Assembly: GCA_033549025.1 (NCBI GenBank)
Contig: JAWSUS010000008.1
Coordinates: forward strand, 59,905 to 123,904
DNA length: 64,000 nt
Direction: 5' to 3'
From: Desulfuromonadales bacterium
GTDB taxonomy: Bacteria; Desulfobacterota; Desulfuromonadia; Desulfuromonadales; SZUA-540
Part shown: piece by piece, positions 47,899 through 56,742 of the stretch
Position numbering within the stretch: position 1 is the first letter of the stretch
How the letters are laid out: every line of letters begins with the position of its first letter
The notes under the pieces: generated by a model
Databases searched by the model: none
What the model saw: only the letters and a program-made list of their open reading frames with translations
What the model was told of the DNA's origin: nothing
Translations under genes and position numbers: made by a program

Positions 47899-50127
47899 AT
47901 GAAGAAACAGCCCGCCGACAGCCATCTGCCCCTCTCCAAAAATGCCCTCACCGTACTGGAACGACGCTATCTGAAACGAAACAGCGACGGCAAGGCGCTT
48001 GAGTCGCCGGCCGACATGTTTCACCGGGTCGCCGACGCCATCGCTTCGGCCGAAACGCGTCTGAAGTCGGGCGTCAAGGCGGATGAACTGGCCAAGAGAT
48101 TCTACGACCTAATGACATCCCTCGACTTTCTTCCCAACTCCCCTACGCTGATGAACGCCGGACGGGAACTGGGGCAGCTCTCCGCCTGCTTCGTCCTGCC
48201 CGTCGGTGACTCGATGGAGAGCATTTTCGAGGCCATCAAGCAGACGGCCCTGATCCACAAGAGCGGTGGCGGCACCGGCTTTTCCTTTTCCCGCGTTCGC
48301 CCGGCCAACGACGTCGTGCTGTCGACCAAAGGGGTTTCTTCCGGTCCCCTCTCCTTCATGAAGGTGTTCGATGCGGCCACCGAGACCATCAAGCAGGGCG
48401 GTACCCGCCGCGGCGCCAACATGGGGATCATGCGGGTCGACCATCCCGACATCATGGACTTCATCATGGCCAAGCGGGACCAGAAGGTCCTCACCAATTT
48501 CAATATTTCCGTCGGATTGACCGAAGCTTTCATGGAGGCGGTGGAAAAAGGGGGGGAATACGAGATTATCAACCCCCGCAGCAACGATGTGGTCAAGAGA
48601 ATGGATGCCCGCAAGGTGTTCGAACACATCGTCGAAATGGCCTGGACCAACGGTGAACCGGGAATCATCTTCCTCGACCGTCTCAACCGGGACAACCCCA
48701 CCCCCCAGGTCGGTGAGATCGAGGCGACCAATCCCTGCGGCGAACAGCCCCTGCTCCCCTACGAGTCCTGCAACCTCGGTTCCATCAACCTCAGTCACAT
48801 GGTCGACAAGGGCAAGGTGGACTGGAAGAGGCTGGGCGAGGTCGTCAAAACGGCGACCCGCTTCCTCGACAACGTGATCGAGGTCAACACCTACCCTCTC
48901 AAGGAAATCGAGGAGATGACCAAGGCCAATCGCAAGATCGGCCTCGGCGTCATGGGCTGGGCCGACATGCTCATCCTGCTCGGCATCCCCTACAACAGCG
49001 CGGAAGCGGTGGCGCTGGGGGAAAAGGTCATGCAGTTCATTACGACCGAGTCCCGCCAGGTCTCCCGCCAGCTCGCCGAGGAGCGTGGCGCCTTCGCCAA
49101 CTTCAAGGGAAGCCTCTACGACCAGAAGGGGGAACCGGCGCTGCGCAATGCCACCTGTACGACGATCGCTCCGACGGGGACCATCTCGATCATCGCCAAT
49201 GCCTCCAGCGGCATCGAGCCCCTGTTCGCCGTCTCCTACGTACGCCAGGTGCTGGACAACGACATCCTTGTGGAAGTGCATCCTCTGTTCGAAAAGATCG
49301 CCAAGGAGCGTGGCTTCTATACACCGGAACTGATGAAGCTCATCGCCGAGCACGGTACCATCCAGGACTTCAAGCAGATCCCCGAGGATGTGCGCCGCGT
49401 CTTTGTCACCGCCCACGATATTACGCCGGAAGACCATATCGCCATGCAGGCGGCTTTCCAGAAATGCACCGACAACGCCGTCTCCAAAACGGTCAATTTC
49501 CCCCACACCGCCAGCCGGGAGGATGTGTCGCAGGTCTATCGCATGGCCTATCACCAGGGCTGCAAAGGGGTCACCATCTACCGTGACGGCTCCCGCGACC
49601 AGCAGGTGCTCTCGGTTGGCAAAAAGGAAGAAAAGGGCCCCGAAGAGGCCATTCCCATGGAGAGCCACAAGGGCAGCCGCAAAAAAGAGCGGCCCCGGGC
49701 CCTGCGCGGCGCCACCTACCAGATGGAGACCGGCTGCGGACCGCTCTATGTCACCATCAACGAGGACAGCAACGGTCTCTTCGAACTCTTCACCACCATG
49801 GGCAAGGCCGGCGGCTGTGCCGCGTCCCAGTGCGAAGCCATCGGGCGTCTCGTCTCTCTGGCCTGGCGAAGCGGCGTGCAGGCCCGTCAGGCCGTCAAGC
49901 AGCTCATCGGCATCACCTGCCACAAACCGGCCGGCTTCGGTGAAAACCGCATCACCTCCTGTGCCGACGCCGTGGCCAAGGCGATCCAGATGCACACCCT
50001 GACCGAAGGGGAAGAGGCAGCTCAGCTGGTCATCAACGGCGGCGCCTGTCCCGAATGCGGTGGTCCGGTGGAACACGAGGGCGGCTGTAGCGTTTGTCAT
50101 GCCTGTGGTTATTCTGAATGCGCGTGA
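47899..50127 (+). CDS. nrdJ: Adenosylcobalamin-dependent (class II) ribonucleotide reductase
   Basis: PNSPTLMNAG, TNPCGEQ, TIAPTGT, C-terminal TSCADA and Zn ribbon. Confidence 0.95.
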   Translation: MKKQPADSHLPLSKNALTVLERRYLKRNSDGKALESPADMFHRVADAIASAETRLKSGVKADELAKRFYDLMTSLDFLPNSPTLMNAGRELGQLSACFVLPVGDSMESIFEAIKQTALIHKSGGGTGFSFSRVRPANDVVLSTKGVSSGPLSFMKVFDAATETIKQGGTRRGANMGIMRVDHPDIMDFIMAKRDQKVLTNFNISVGLTEAFMEAVEKGGEYEIINPRSNDVVKRMDARKVFEHIVEMAWTNGEPGIIFLDRLNRDNPTPQVGEIEATNPCGEQPLLPYESCNLGSINLSHMVDKGKVDWKRLGEVVKTATRFLDNVIEVNTYPLKEIEEMTKANRKIGLGVMGWADMLILLGIPYNSAEAVALGEKVMQFITTESRQVSRQLAEERGAFANFKGSLYDQKGEPALRNATCTTIAPTGTISIIANASSGIEPLFAVSYVRQVLDNDILVEVHPLFEKIAKERGFYTPELMKLIAEHGTIQDFKQIPEDVRRVFVTAHDITPEDHIAMQAAFQKCTDNAVSKTVNFPHTASREDVSQVYRMAYHQGCKGVTIYRDGSRDQQVLSVGKKEEKGPEEAIPMESHKGSRKKERPRALRGATYQMETGCGPLYVTINEDSNGLFELFTTMGKAGGCAASQCEAIGRLVSLAWRSGVQARQAVKQLIGITCHKPAGFGENRITSCADAVAKAIQMHTLTEGEEAAQLVINGGACPECGGPVEHEGGCSVCHACGYSECA

Positions 50128-50140
50128 CATCCTCACGGTG

Positions 50141-51448
50141 TCAGATAGACACCGTGCATCCCGTTGTTGAGATGCCGCCGGGGAAGAAAAGCTTCTCCGA
50201 CGTTTGAGGTTTGAACGAAAACGGCGCAATCGTCGTTCTCGCACTACTGACGGGGATTGCGCCCCGCAGGCCGTGCCACACGGCTGGTTTAAATCGTTTC
50301 AGAAAATTGAGCCCGCTGTGATGATCGCGGGGAAATGAAAATTGGCAGCGTTCGCAGACGAAACCTCTTTTCGACGGGGAGATCCCCTGGGAATGAACGT
50401 GCCCGCAAGCGACACAGGTTCGGGTCGTGCCCCGCTCATCAAACTCGTCGACGCTCTGGCCGGTTAGGAGTTGGGCTTTGTAGCTCAACATCTCGACAAG
50501 TTTGCGAACCGGGTTGTTGTTCTGTACCGCACGGTTGATGCGGCGGTTGACAAACGGGAACGGGGTGTCGGCCAGGGTTGCTTGCTTATCCCAATCGCCG
50601 ATTTTGAATCCGCGTGCCGCCGGGTGCTGAATGAGAATCTGGTTGGCGAGCGTATGCAGATAGCTTTTCGTCCGTCCGGCGACCTTACGCCAGAGTGCCG
50701 CGATACGCTTGTTTAACCGCCGCCAGGCCAGGCTTCCTTTCTTTTTCGTGTCCCGACGGCTGGACAGTTTGTCGAGCAGTCGGTAGGTGCTCATGTTCAT
50801 GTTGCGAAGAGGGTTGATGTCATATTCGACAAATCGCCCTTCGGTGGTAATGCCGGTCAGGGTGTTCTTACATCCCGGATCGAAGTAAATCCAATAGCCA
50901 TCGGATTTCTTTTGAGCCTCGGGGACCTCGACCGACATCCAGGCAACGAACCTCTTGGCCAAGTCGTCGAACCCGACCCGAACCGTTTTGACCCCGGAGT
51001 AGTCTCCTTCGGGGAGGGTCATCGCCAGCCAATCCTTGTGTGTTCGGCCAAAGGCGATATTCAGCGTAGGACCTTCGATCTCGAAAGAGGTTCCGCGTTG
51101 CGGATAATTCTGGGTAAAGAATCGACGTCCGTTGCGAAACCCGGGCGGGTTGGCTTCCGTGTCACCGTTTTTGCGTTTGGCGAAAAAGGACCTGTAGCTG
51201 CCATCGAGGGTTTTGACCACCTCCTGCAAAACCTGGGAAGATGGATCTTTCAAGCGGGGATCGCCCTTTTTCATTCCCGGCAAGAGCCGCTTTTGTGAGT
51301 AATAGTTTGCCTTGCGACCGTCTCGCAGAGCTGCTTGCCGGTCTTCGACAAGGGCGTTCCAGACCCGGTTGCAACAACGGCCGATGTACCACAAGGTGGT
51401 CGCCGTTTCGGGTGTCAGCTCCAGATATGCGGTGCGGGTCAGGATCAT
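50141..51448 (-). CDS. tnpB: RNA-guided endonuclease TnpB (rearranged RuvC type)
   Basis: N-terminal CNRVWN, RuvC-I YFDPG, TTRTCVACG...CERC zinc finger, RuvC-III RDHHSGLN. Confidence 0.92.
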   Translation of the reverse strand: MILTRTAYLELTPETATTLWYIGRCCNRVWNALVEDRQAALRDGRKANYYSQKRLLPGMKKGDPRLKDPSSQVLQEVVKTLDGSYRSFFAKRKNGDTEANPPGFRNGRRFFTQNYPQRGTSFEIEGPTLNIAFGRTHKDWLAMTLPEGDYSGVKTVRVGFDDLAKRFVAWMSVEVPEAQKKSDGYWIYFDPGCKNTLTGITTEGRFVEYDINPLRNMNMSTYRLLDKLSSRRDTKKKGSLAWRRLNKRIAALWRKVAGRTKSYLHTLANQILIQHPAARGFKIGDWDKQATLADTPFPFVNRRINRAVQNNNPVRKLVEMLSYKAQLLTGQSVDEFDERGTTRTCVACGHVHSQGISPSKRGFVCERCQFSFPRDHHSGLNFLKRFKPAVWHGLRGAIPVSSARTTIAPFSFKPQTSEKLFFPGGISTTGCTVSI

Positions 51449-51846
51449 TTCGACTTTTGGTCCTCGATGTAGCGACGAACGGTTTCTTCGGAGATATGGC
51501 CAATGGTTTCGACAAAGGTGCTCGGATTCCAGAGGTGGCCCTTCCAGAGCTTGGCTCGGAGGTCGGGATGGCGCATGAACAAGAGTCGTCCGCTGGTCCC
51601 CTTCATAACTTTGTAGAGATAACCCGGAGCAATTTTCGGATGGGCGGACGCAAAGACATGCACATGGTCGGGCATCACCTCCAGGGCCGAGATGGTAAAC
51701 CGTTTCGACTCGGCGATCTGCGCGAGTAGCAACTTCAGATCGGTCTCGACATCGCCAACAAGCACCTTCCGCCGGTATTTGGTGGACCAGACGATATGGT
51801 AGTTGACGTTATAGACGGAGGTTCGCGAGTGGGTGTATTTATTCAT
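51445..51846 (-). CDS. tnpA: IS200-family Y1 (HUH) transposase
   Basis: YHIVWSTKYRR, MPDHVH, LWNPS, RRYIEDQ. Confidence 0.97.
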   Translation of the reverse strand: MNKYTHSRTSVYNVNYHIVWSTKYRRKVLVGDVETDLKLLLAQIAESKRFTISALEVMPDHVHVFASAHPKIAPGYLYKVMKGTSGRLLFMRHPDLRAKLWKGHLWNPSTFVETIGHISEETVRRYIEDQKSK

Positions 51847-52031
51847 GTAGATAGTATAGCATAAAGTCGCCTATCTTCTTGCAATAAAAGAATTCTTTTG
51901 GATACAGATAGACGCTTTCATCCCGGGATTGAAATCCCGGGGATTCTCGCTGGATGTGCTAAACAGAGGTGATATCCATCAGCCAGGCCCTTGGAGGCCT
52001 GCCTTTTTTGATCCGGTGAAAGGTCGGTCAC

Positions 52032-52319
52032 ATGTCTGATTCAAAAGAGTGGGAACAGATCTGCCGGCGCTGCGGGCAGTGCTGTTTCGAGAAGTGGGTG
52101 GACGAGAACGGGACGATCTTCCCCACCACCATTGCCTGCCGCTACCTGGACGTGATCGAACGCACCTGCAAGGTCTATCACAAACGGTTTGACGTGGGAG
52201 AAGGCTGCCTCAAGCTCACGCCGGCTCTGGTGGAGACCGTACAGTGGCTGCCGCCGGACTGCGGGTATGTACTCCAGCGTCAAAAGCAGGAGGCCGATGA
52301 GTCAAAAAACCGGATGTGA
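52032..52319 (+). CDS. CxxCxxCC (YkgJ/YcgN-like) cysteine cluster protein
   Basis: CRRCGQCC, CRYLD..CKVY, WLPPDCGY. Confidence 0.85.
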   Translation: MSDSKEWEQICRRCGQCCFEKWVDENGTIFPTTIACRYLDVIERTCKVYHKRFDVGEGCLKLTPALVETVQWLPPDCGYVLQRQKQEADESKNRM

Positions 52320-52401
52320 CGAATGTGTTTTTTTTTGACTGAATGCGATCTTTACAGCCCTGAAATATTCTAACAGCCTGTTCTGACAGGTTCGGCAGCA
52401 A

Positions 52402-52418
52402 TTGGCACCGGTGTTGCT
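52402..52418 (+). promoter_or_regulatory. Sigma54 -24/-12 promoter
   Basis: TTGGCACCGGTGTTGCT matches TGGCAC-N5-TTGC. Confidence 0.75.
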
Positions 52419-52445
52419 AATAGATTGGATAAGTGCAACTTATTC

Positions 52446-52485
52446 GCCCCGGTGCTTTCCCTCCTTGGCCCGGGGCATTTTTTTG
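52446..52485 (+). terminator. Intrinsic terminator about 30 bp after the sigma54 promoter
   Basis: GCCCCGG...CCGGGGC followed by A-T7. Confidence 0.75.
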
Positions 52486-52546
52486 TTTATGCTCATCCTG
52501 ACCACTCGCCGCGCCGGCCCGCCACTAATTCCCATATTCGCCACAG

Positions 52547-53857
52547 ATGGTAGCCATCATGAATGAAGCCTCCCGCCGCAAAGCCTGGTTCAGCTGGTGT
52601 CTGTATGACTGGGCCAACTCCGCCTATGCCACGGTTATCCTGGCTGCCGTGCTGCCGGTCTATTTTGTCTCCCTGGTGCCGGTCGAAGGCGCCCGTCTCA
52701 GCCTCTTCGGCTGGTCGCACAGCATGCCGGCTTCCGCCCTGTGGGGATATGCCGTCTCCCTGTCCATGCTGCTGGTGGCGATATCTGCGCCTTTTCTCGG
52801 CGCCCATGCCGACCGCAGCGCCTCCAGGCGACACTGGCTCATCTTCTTCTGCCTCATCGGTTCCGTGGCCACCACCCTCCTCTTCTTCGCCTCCTCCGGG
52901 CGGTACCTGCTGGCCGCGGGGTTGTTCGTCATCGCCAACACCGGCTTTGCCGCCGGCAACATCTTCTACAATGCTTTTTTGCCGGCGCTGGCCGAGGGGA
53001 AAGATGTCGATCGCCTGTCGGCGCGGGGATTTGCCTTGGGATATATCGGGGGCGGTCTCGTGCTGCTGGTCGTCTTTCTGATGATCCAGTTTCACGGAGT
53101 TTTCGGTTTTGTCGATGCGGGGGCGGCCAGCCGGGCAGGTTTTCTGCTGACTGGCCTATGGTGGCTGCTGTTCGCCTTGCCCATGTTTCACTACGTGCGC
53201 GAAGACGTCTTTGTCCATGAACCGCAGCCGATGCTGCAGGGATTTCGGGCTTACGTCAAAACCTTTGCCGAAATCCGTCGTTACCGGGATTTGCTGCTCT
53301 TTCTGGTGGCTTTCCTTTTCTACAATGACGGCATCCAGACCATCATCGTCGTCTCGGCCATCTTCGGCCGCGAAGAACTGGGTTTAAGTCAGGGGACCAT
53401 TCTGGGAGTGTTTCTCATGATCCAGTTTGTGGCCATGCCCGGCGCCCTGCTCTTTGGCCGACTGGCCGAACGTTTCGACCCCAAAAAGTCCGTACTGGCA
53501 AGCCTCTTTCTTTTTGCCGGCGTCACGATCTACGCCTTCTTCATGGCGGAAGCCTACGAGTTCTGGATTCTGGGGTTTGTGGTGGCTCTGATCCTCGGCG
53601 GTAGCCAGGCCATCAGCCGCTCTCTTTTCGCATCCCTCATCCCCACAGGCAAAAGCGCCGAATTTTTCGGATTTTATGCCATCAGCGGCAAATTCGCCTC
53701 CATTTTAGGCCCCATGATCTTCGCCCTCATTGCCGACCTCACCGGCTCGACCCGTCACGCCATTCTGGCCCTGATCGTCTTTTTTGTGGTGGGTATCGTC
53801 CTGCTGCTGCGGGTGGATATCGAAAGAGGCCGCCTGTTGGCCCGTGTCCCCCGTTAG
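52547..53857 (+). CDS. MFS transporter (UMF1/Atg22-like)
   Basis: WCLYDWANSAY, FYNAFLP, FYNDG; multiple TM segments. Confidence 0.9.
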   Translation: MVAIMNEASRRKAWFSWCLYDWANSAYATVILAAVLPVYFVSLVPVEGARLSLFGWSHSMPASALWGYAVSLSMLLVAISAPFLGAHADRSASRRHWLIFFCLIGSVATTLLFFASSGRYLLAAGLFVIANTGFAAGNIFYNAFLPALAEGKDVDRLSARGFALGYIGGGLVLLVVFLMIQFHGVFGFVDAGAASRAGFLLTGLWWLLFALPMFHYVREDVFVHEPQPMLQGFRAYVKTFAEIRRYRDLLLFLVAFLFYNDGIQTIIVVSAIFGREELGLSQGTILGVFLMIQFVAMPGALLFGRLAERFDPKKSVLASLFLFAGVTIYAFFMAEAYEFWILGFVVALILGGSQAISRSLFASLIPTGKSAEFFGFYAISGKFASILGPMIFALIADLTGSTRHAILALIVFFVVGIVLLLRVDIERGRLLARVPR

Positions 53858-53859
53858 GC

Positions 53860-55155
53860 TCAGACCAGCTCTCCGACCAGTCCCTCGCCCTCAAGGCCGG
53901 TAAGGCGAACCAGCAAGGCTTTTCCTGGCAAGTCATCCCCACCCCTGAAATGCACCTGGAGGTAGTTGGTCGTCAGACCTTTGCGCCAGCCATTGCGCCC
54001 GCCTCCCTCGACCACGATTTCCAGGGTCTGTCCGACAAAACGCCGGGCAAAGGCTTCGGTTTTTTCTTCGCCAACGGCTCGCAGACGAGCGGCCCTTTCC
54101 CTGGCCAGGGCAGACGGCACCTGCGCGGACATGCTGGCCGCAGGGGTACCGGGACGGCGGCTGTAGGGGAAAACATGCAGATGGCTGACGGGCAGGCTTT
54201 CGACCAGGGCGAGGGTGTTGGCGAACTCATCCTCGGTTTCGCCCGGAAAACCGGCGATGACGTCCAAACCGATGGCCGCCTGCGGCAGGCGGCCATGAAT
54301 ACGCTGCACGAGATCCCGGAAAAAGGCGGTGTGGTAATGACGGTTCATCCGCTGCAGAACCTGGTCGTCTCCGGCCTGCAGCGGGATGTGGAAGTGGGGG
54401 CAAATTACGGACGAGCCGGCCACCCGTTCGATCAGCTCATCGGAAATTTCCGTCGGCTCCAGCGAGCCCAGCCGCAGACGGCGCACGGAGGTGTCCGATT
54501 CCAGCCGGCGGACGAGATCCGTCAGGGTCAGGCTGGGGGTCAGGTCCGTGCCGTACCCGCCGATATGGATGCCGGTAAGGACGATCTCGGGATAGCCCGC
54601 CTCGACGAGACCGGCTACCTGGGCGACGACTTCCTCCGGCTGCACGGAACGGCTGCGCCCACGGGCATAGGGAATGATGCAGTAGGAACAGAAAGCGTCG
54701 CAGCCGTTTTGTATCTGCACAAAGGCCCGGCTGCGCTCGGCAAAGACGGTGGTGGACAGCACCGAGGCTTCGGTTTTTTCCCGAATCGGGGAGACCTGCA
54801 CGGCCTGGCCGTCCACACTCCTTTCAATCCACTGCAGAAAGTCCTTCTTCTCTTCGTTGCCCAGCACGAGGGACACGCCGGGAATGGCCCGCAGGGCCTC
54901 GGGGTCGACCTGGGCGTAGCACCCCGTCACCACCACCCGGCAACGAGGGTTAAGCCGGCGGGCTCGCCGCACAAGGTTGCGGGACTGGGCGTCGGTGGCG
55001 CTGGTCACCGTGCAGGTGTTGACGATGACCAGATCGGCGCCCTCTTCGAAGGGAACCACCTCGTAGCCGGCCCGCCGCAGATGCTCCTCCATGGCGGCTG
55101 ACTCGAACTGGTTGGTCTTGCAGCCGAGAGTGGTCAGTGAGACGTGGCGGGTCAT
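53860..55155 (-). CDS. mtaB: tRNA t6A37 methylthiotransferase
   Basis: TLGCKTNQFES, NTCTVT, CDAFCSYC radical SAM motif. Confidence 0.92.
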   Translation of the reverse strand: MTRHVSLTTLGCKTNQFESAAMEEHLRRAGYEVVPFEEGADLVIVNTCTVTSATDAQSRNLVRRARRLNPRCRVVVTGCYAQVDPEALRAIPGVSLVLGNEEKKDFLQWIERSVDGQAVQVSPIREKTEASVLSTTVFAERSRAFVQIQNGCDAFCSYCIIPYARGRSRSVQPEEVVAQVAGLVEAGYPEIVLTGIHIGGYGTDLTPSLTLTDLVRRLESDTSVRRLRLGSLEPTEISDELIERVAGSSVICPHFHIPLQAGDDQVLQRMNRHYHTAFFRDLVQRIHGRLPQAAIGLDVIAGFPGETEDEFANTLALVESLPVSHLHVFPYSRRPGTPAASMSAQVPSALARERAARLRAVGEEKTEAFARRFVGQTLEIVVEGGGRNGWRKGLTTNYLQVHFRGGDDLPGKALLVRLTGLEGEGLVGELV

Positions 55156-56225
55156 AGGATCCAGCCTCCGCCGAGAATCCGGTCGTCGTCGAAAAAGACC
55201 GCCGCCTGCCCCGGAGTGACGCCCTGCTGCGGTTCATCGAAAAGGACCCTGGCCTGGCCGTCCGGTCCCGGGGTGATGAGTGCGTTGGCCTCCCGGTGAC
55301 GGTACCGGATGCGGCAGCGGGCCCGCAGGGGTTCTGACGGCACGGGGATGTTCCAGATGGTTCCCTGCAGGGTCAATTCATGGACCGCGAGATGAATCCG
55401 CTCCCCCACGATAACGCGGGAGGCCGGGGCGTCGATCTTAAGGACGTAGAGCGGTTCGGGCCAGGCGATGCCAAGCCCCCGCCGCTGGCCGATGGTGTAG
55501 CGAAAGGTGCCCTGATGCCGGCCGAGAACCTGCCCGTTAAGATGGACAATTTCCCCTTCCGACTGCTCGGGGAGCCCGCGTCGTTCGAGAAAGGAGACAT
55601 AATTCCCGTCCGGGATGAAGCAGATATCCTGGCTCTCGGCCTTTTGAGCCACGGGCAGCTGGAAACGGGCGGCGTGCTCCCGTACCCTCGCCTTGTCCAT
55701 CTCCCCCAACGGAAAAAGGACATGGCCAAGCTGCTGCTGCGTCAAGGTGAAAAGAAAGTAGCTCTGGTCTTTGTGCAGGTTTTTGCCCTTTGCCAGCACA
55801 AAGCGGTCGCCTTCCTGCAGGATGCGGGCATAGTGCCCCGTCGCCAGGAAATCCCCCCCCAGTTCCCGGGCCTTTTCCAGCAGCAGGCCGAACTTGAGGG
55901 TCTGGTTGCAGAGGATACAGGGATTGGGGGTCTGACCGGCGAAATAGGTCTGGCAGAAAGGCTCGACAATGCGGCGATAGAATTCGTCGCGCAAATCGAG
56001 AACGGTCAAGGGGATATCCAGCGCCGCGGCCACCCGCTGCACATCGGCGGCGTGATCCGGGGCCCCCTTGCCGTTTCCGGCCCCAGGAGCGGAATTCTCC
56101 TCTTCTTTCCACAGCCGCATGTTCAGGCCGGCCACGTCATACCCCTGCTCCTTGAGCAGGGCGGCGGTAACGGAGGAATCCACCCCCCCACTCATGGCGA
56201 CAATAACTTTTTTCCGATGTTTCAT
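55152..56225 (-). CDS. mnmA: tRNA 2-thiouridylase
   Basis: AMSGGVDS, TPNPC, ATGHYA, KDQSYFL, SQDICF. Confidence 0.97.
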   Translation of the reverse strand: MKHRKKVIVAMSGGVDSSVTAALLKEQGYDVAGLNMRLWKEEENSAPGAGNGKGAPDHAADVQRVAAALDIPLTVLDLRDEFYRRIVEPFCQTYFAGQTPNPCILCNQTLKFGLLLEKARELGGDFLATGHYARILQEGDRFVLAKGKNLHKDQSYFLFTLTQQQLGHVLFPLGEMDKARVREHAARFQLPVAQKAESQDICFIPDGNYVSFLERRGLPEQSEGEIVHLNGQVLGRHQGTFRYTIGQRRGLGIAWPEPLYVLKIDAPASRVIVGERIHLAVHELTLQGTIWNIPVPSEPLRARCRIRYRHREANALITPGPDGQARVLFDEPQQGVTPGQAAVFFDDDRILGGGWIL

Positions 56226-56242
56226 AGGGGAAGCCTCGATGA

Positions 56243-56277
56243 AAAAGAGGGCCACTCTCTATAGGAATGGCCCTCTC
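56243..56277 (-). terminator. Intrinsic terminator after iscU
   Basis: AGAGGGCCA...TGGCCCTCT stem plus T tract on the minus strand. Confidence 0.65.
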
Positions 56278-56308
56278 TGAAAGCTAGAAACTGCTCAAGG
56301 AAAGGCGT

Positions 56309-56677
56309 CTAGGCCTTCGATTCCTTATAGTTTTTGATGGCTTCATGCAGCGCGTCTGCCGCCAGATTGGAGCAGTGCATCTTGGCGGGAGGCAGTCCGT
56401 CCAGGGCCTGAGCCACGGCCGCGTTGGTCAGTTCCATGGCCTCGTCGATGGTCTTGCCGATGGCCATCTCCGTCACCATGGACGAGGTGGCGATGGCGGC
56501 CCCGCAACCGAAGGTCTTGAACTTGATGTCCTTGATGACATCGTTTTCCACCTTGAGATAGATCTTCATGATATCGCCACAGGAGGCATTGCCCACCTCG
56601 CCGACGCCATCGGCGTTCTCGATTTCACCTACATTGCGGGGGTTGCTGAAGTGATCCATAACCTTGTCGGAATACAT
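56309..56677 (-). CDS. iscU: Fe-S cluster scaffold protein
   Basis: YSDKVMDHFSNPRNVG, CGDIM, FGCGAA, KMHCS. Confidence 0.95.
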   Translation of the reverse strand: MYSDKVMDHFSNPRNVGEIENADGVGEVGNASCGDIMKIYLKVENDVIKDIKFKTFGCGAAIATSSMVTEMAIGKTIDEAMELTNAAVAQALDGLPPAKMHCSNLAADALHEAIKNYKESKA

Positions 56678-56742
56678 ATCTTGTTCTCCTTTATCGCGTC
56701 TTTTTATTGCGTATTATCCGTGCTGATCCCGTATCGAAGGGG

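Larger units (their letters stand above)
50124..51958 (-). mobile_element. IS200/IS605-family insertion sequence (tnpA + tnpB)
   Basis: Left-end hairpin CCCGGGATT-TC-AATCCCGGG (~51922-51941); right-end hairpin CACGGTGTC-TATCT-GACACCGTG followed by AGGATGTCAC; exact ends inferred from restoration of nrdJ. Confidence 0.85.

Noticed and set aside
48109..50244. 711-aa minus-strand ORF and similar long ORFs (11778-13577, 21809-23335, 30545-32311, 62259-63707)
   Set aside because: They are antisense shadows of well-supported genes and show no recognisable motifs.
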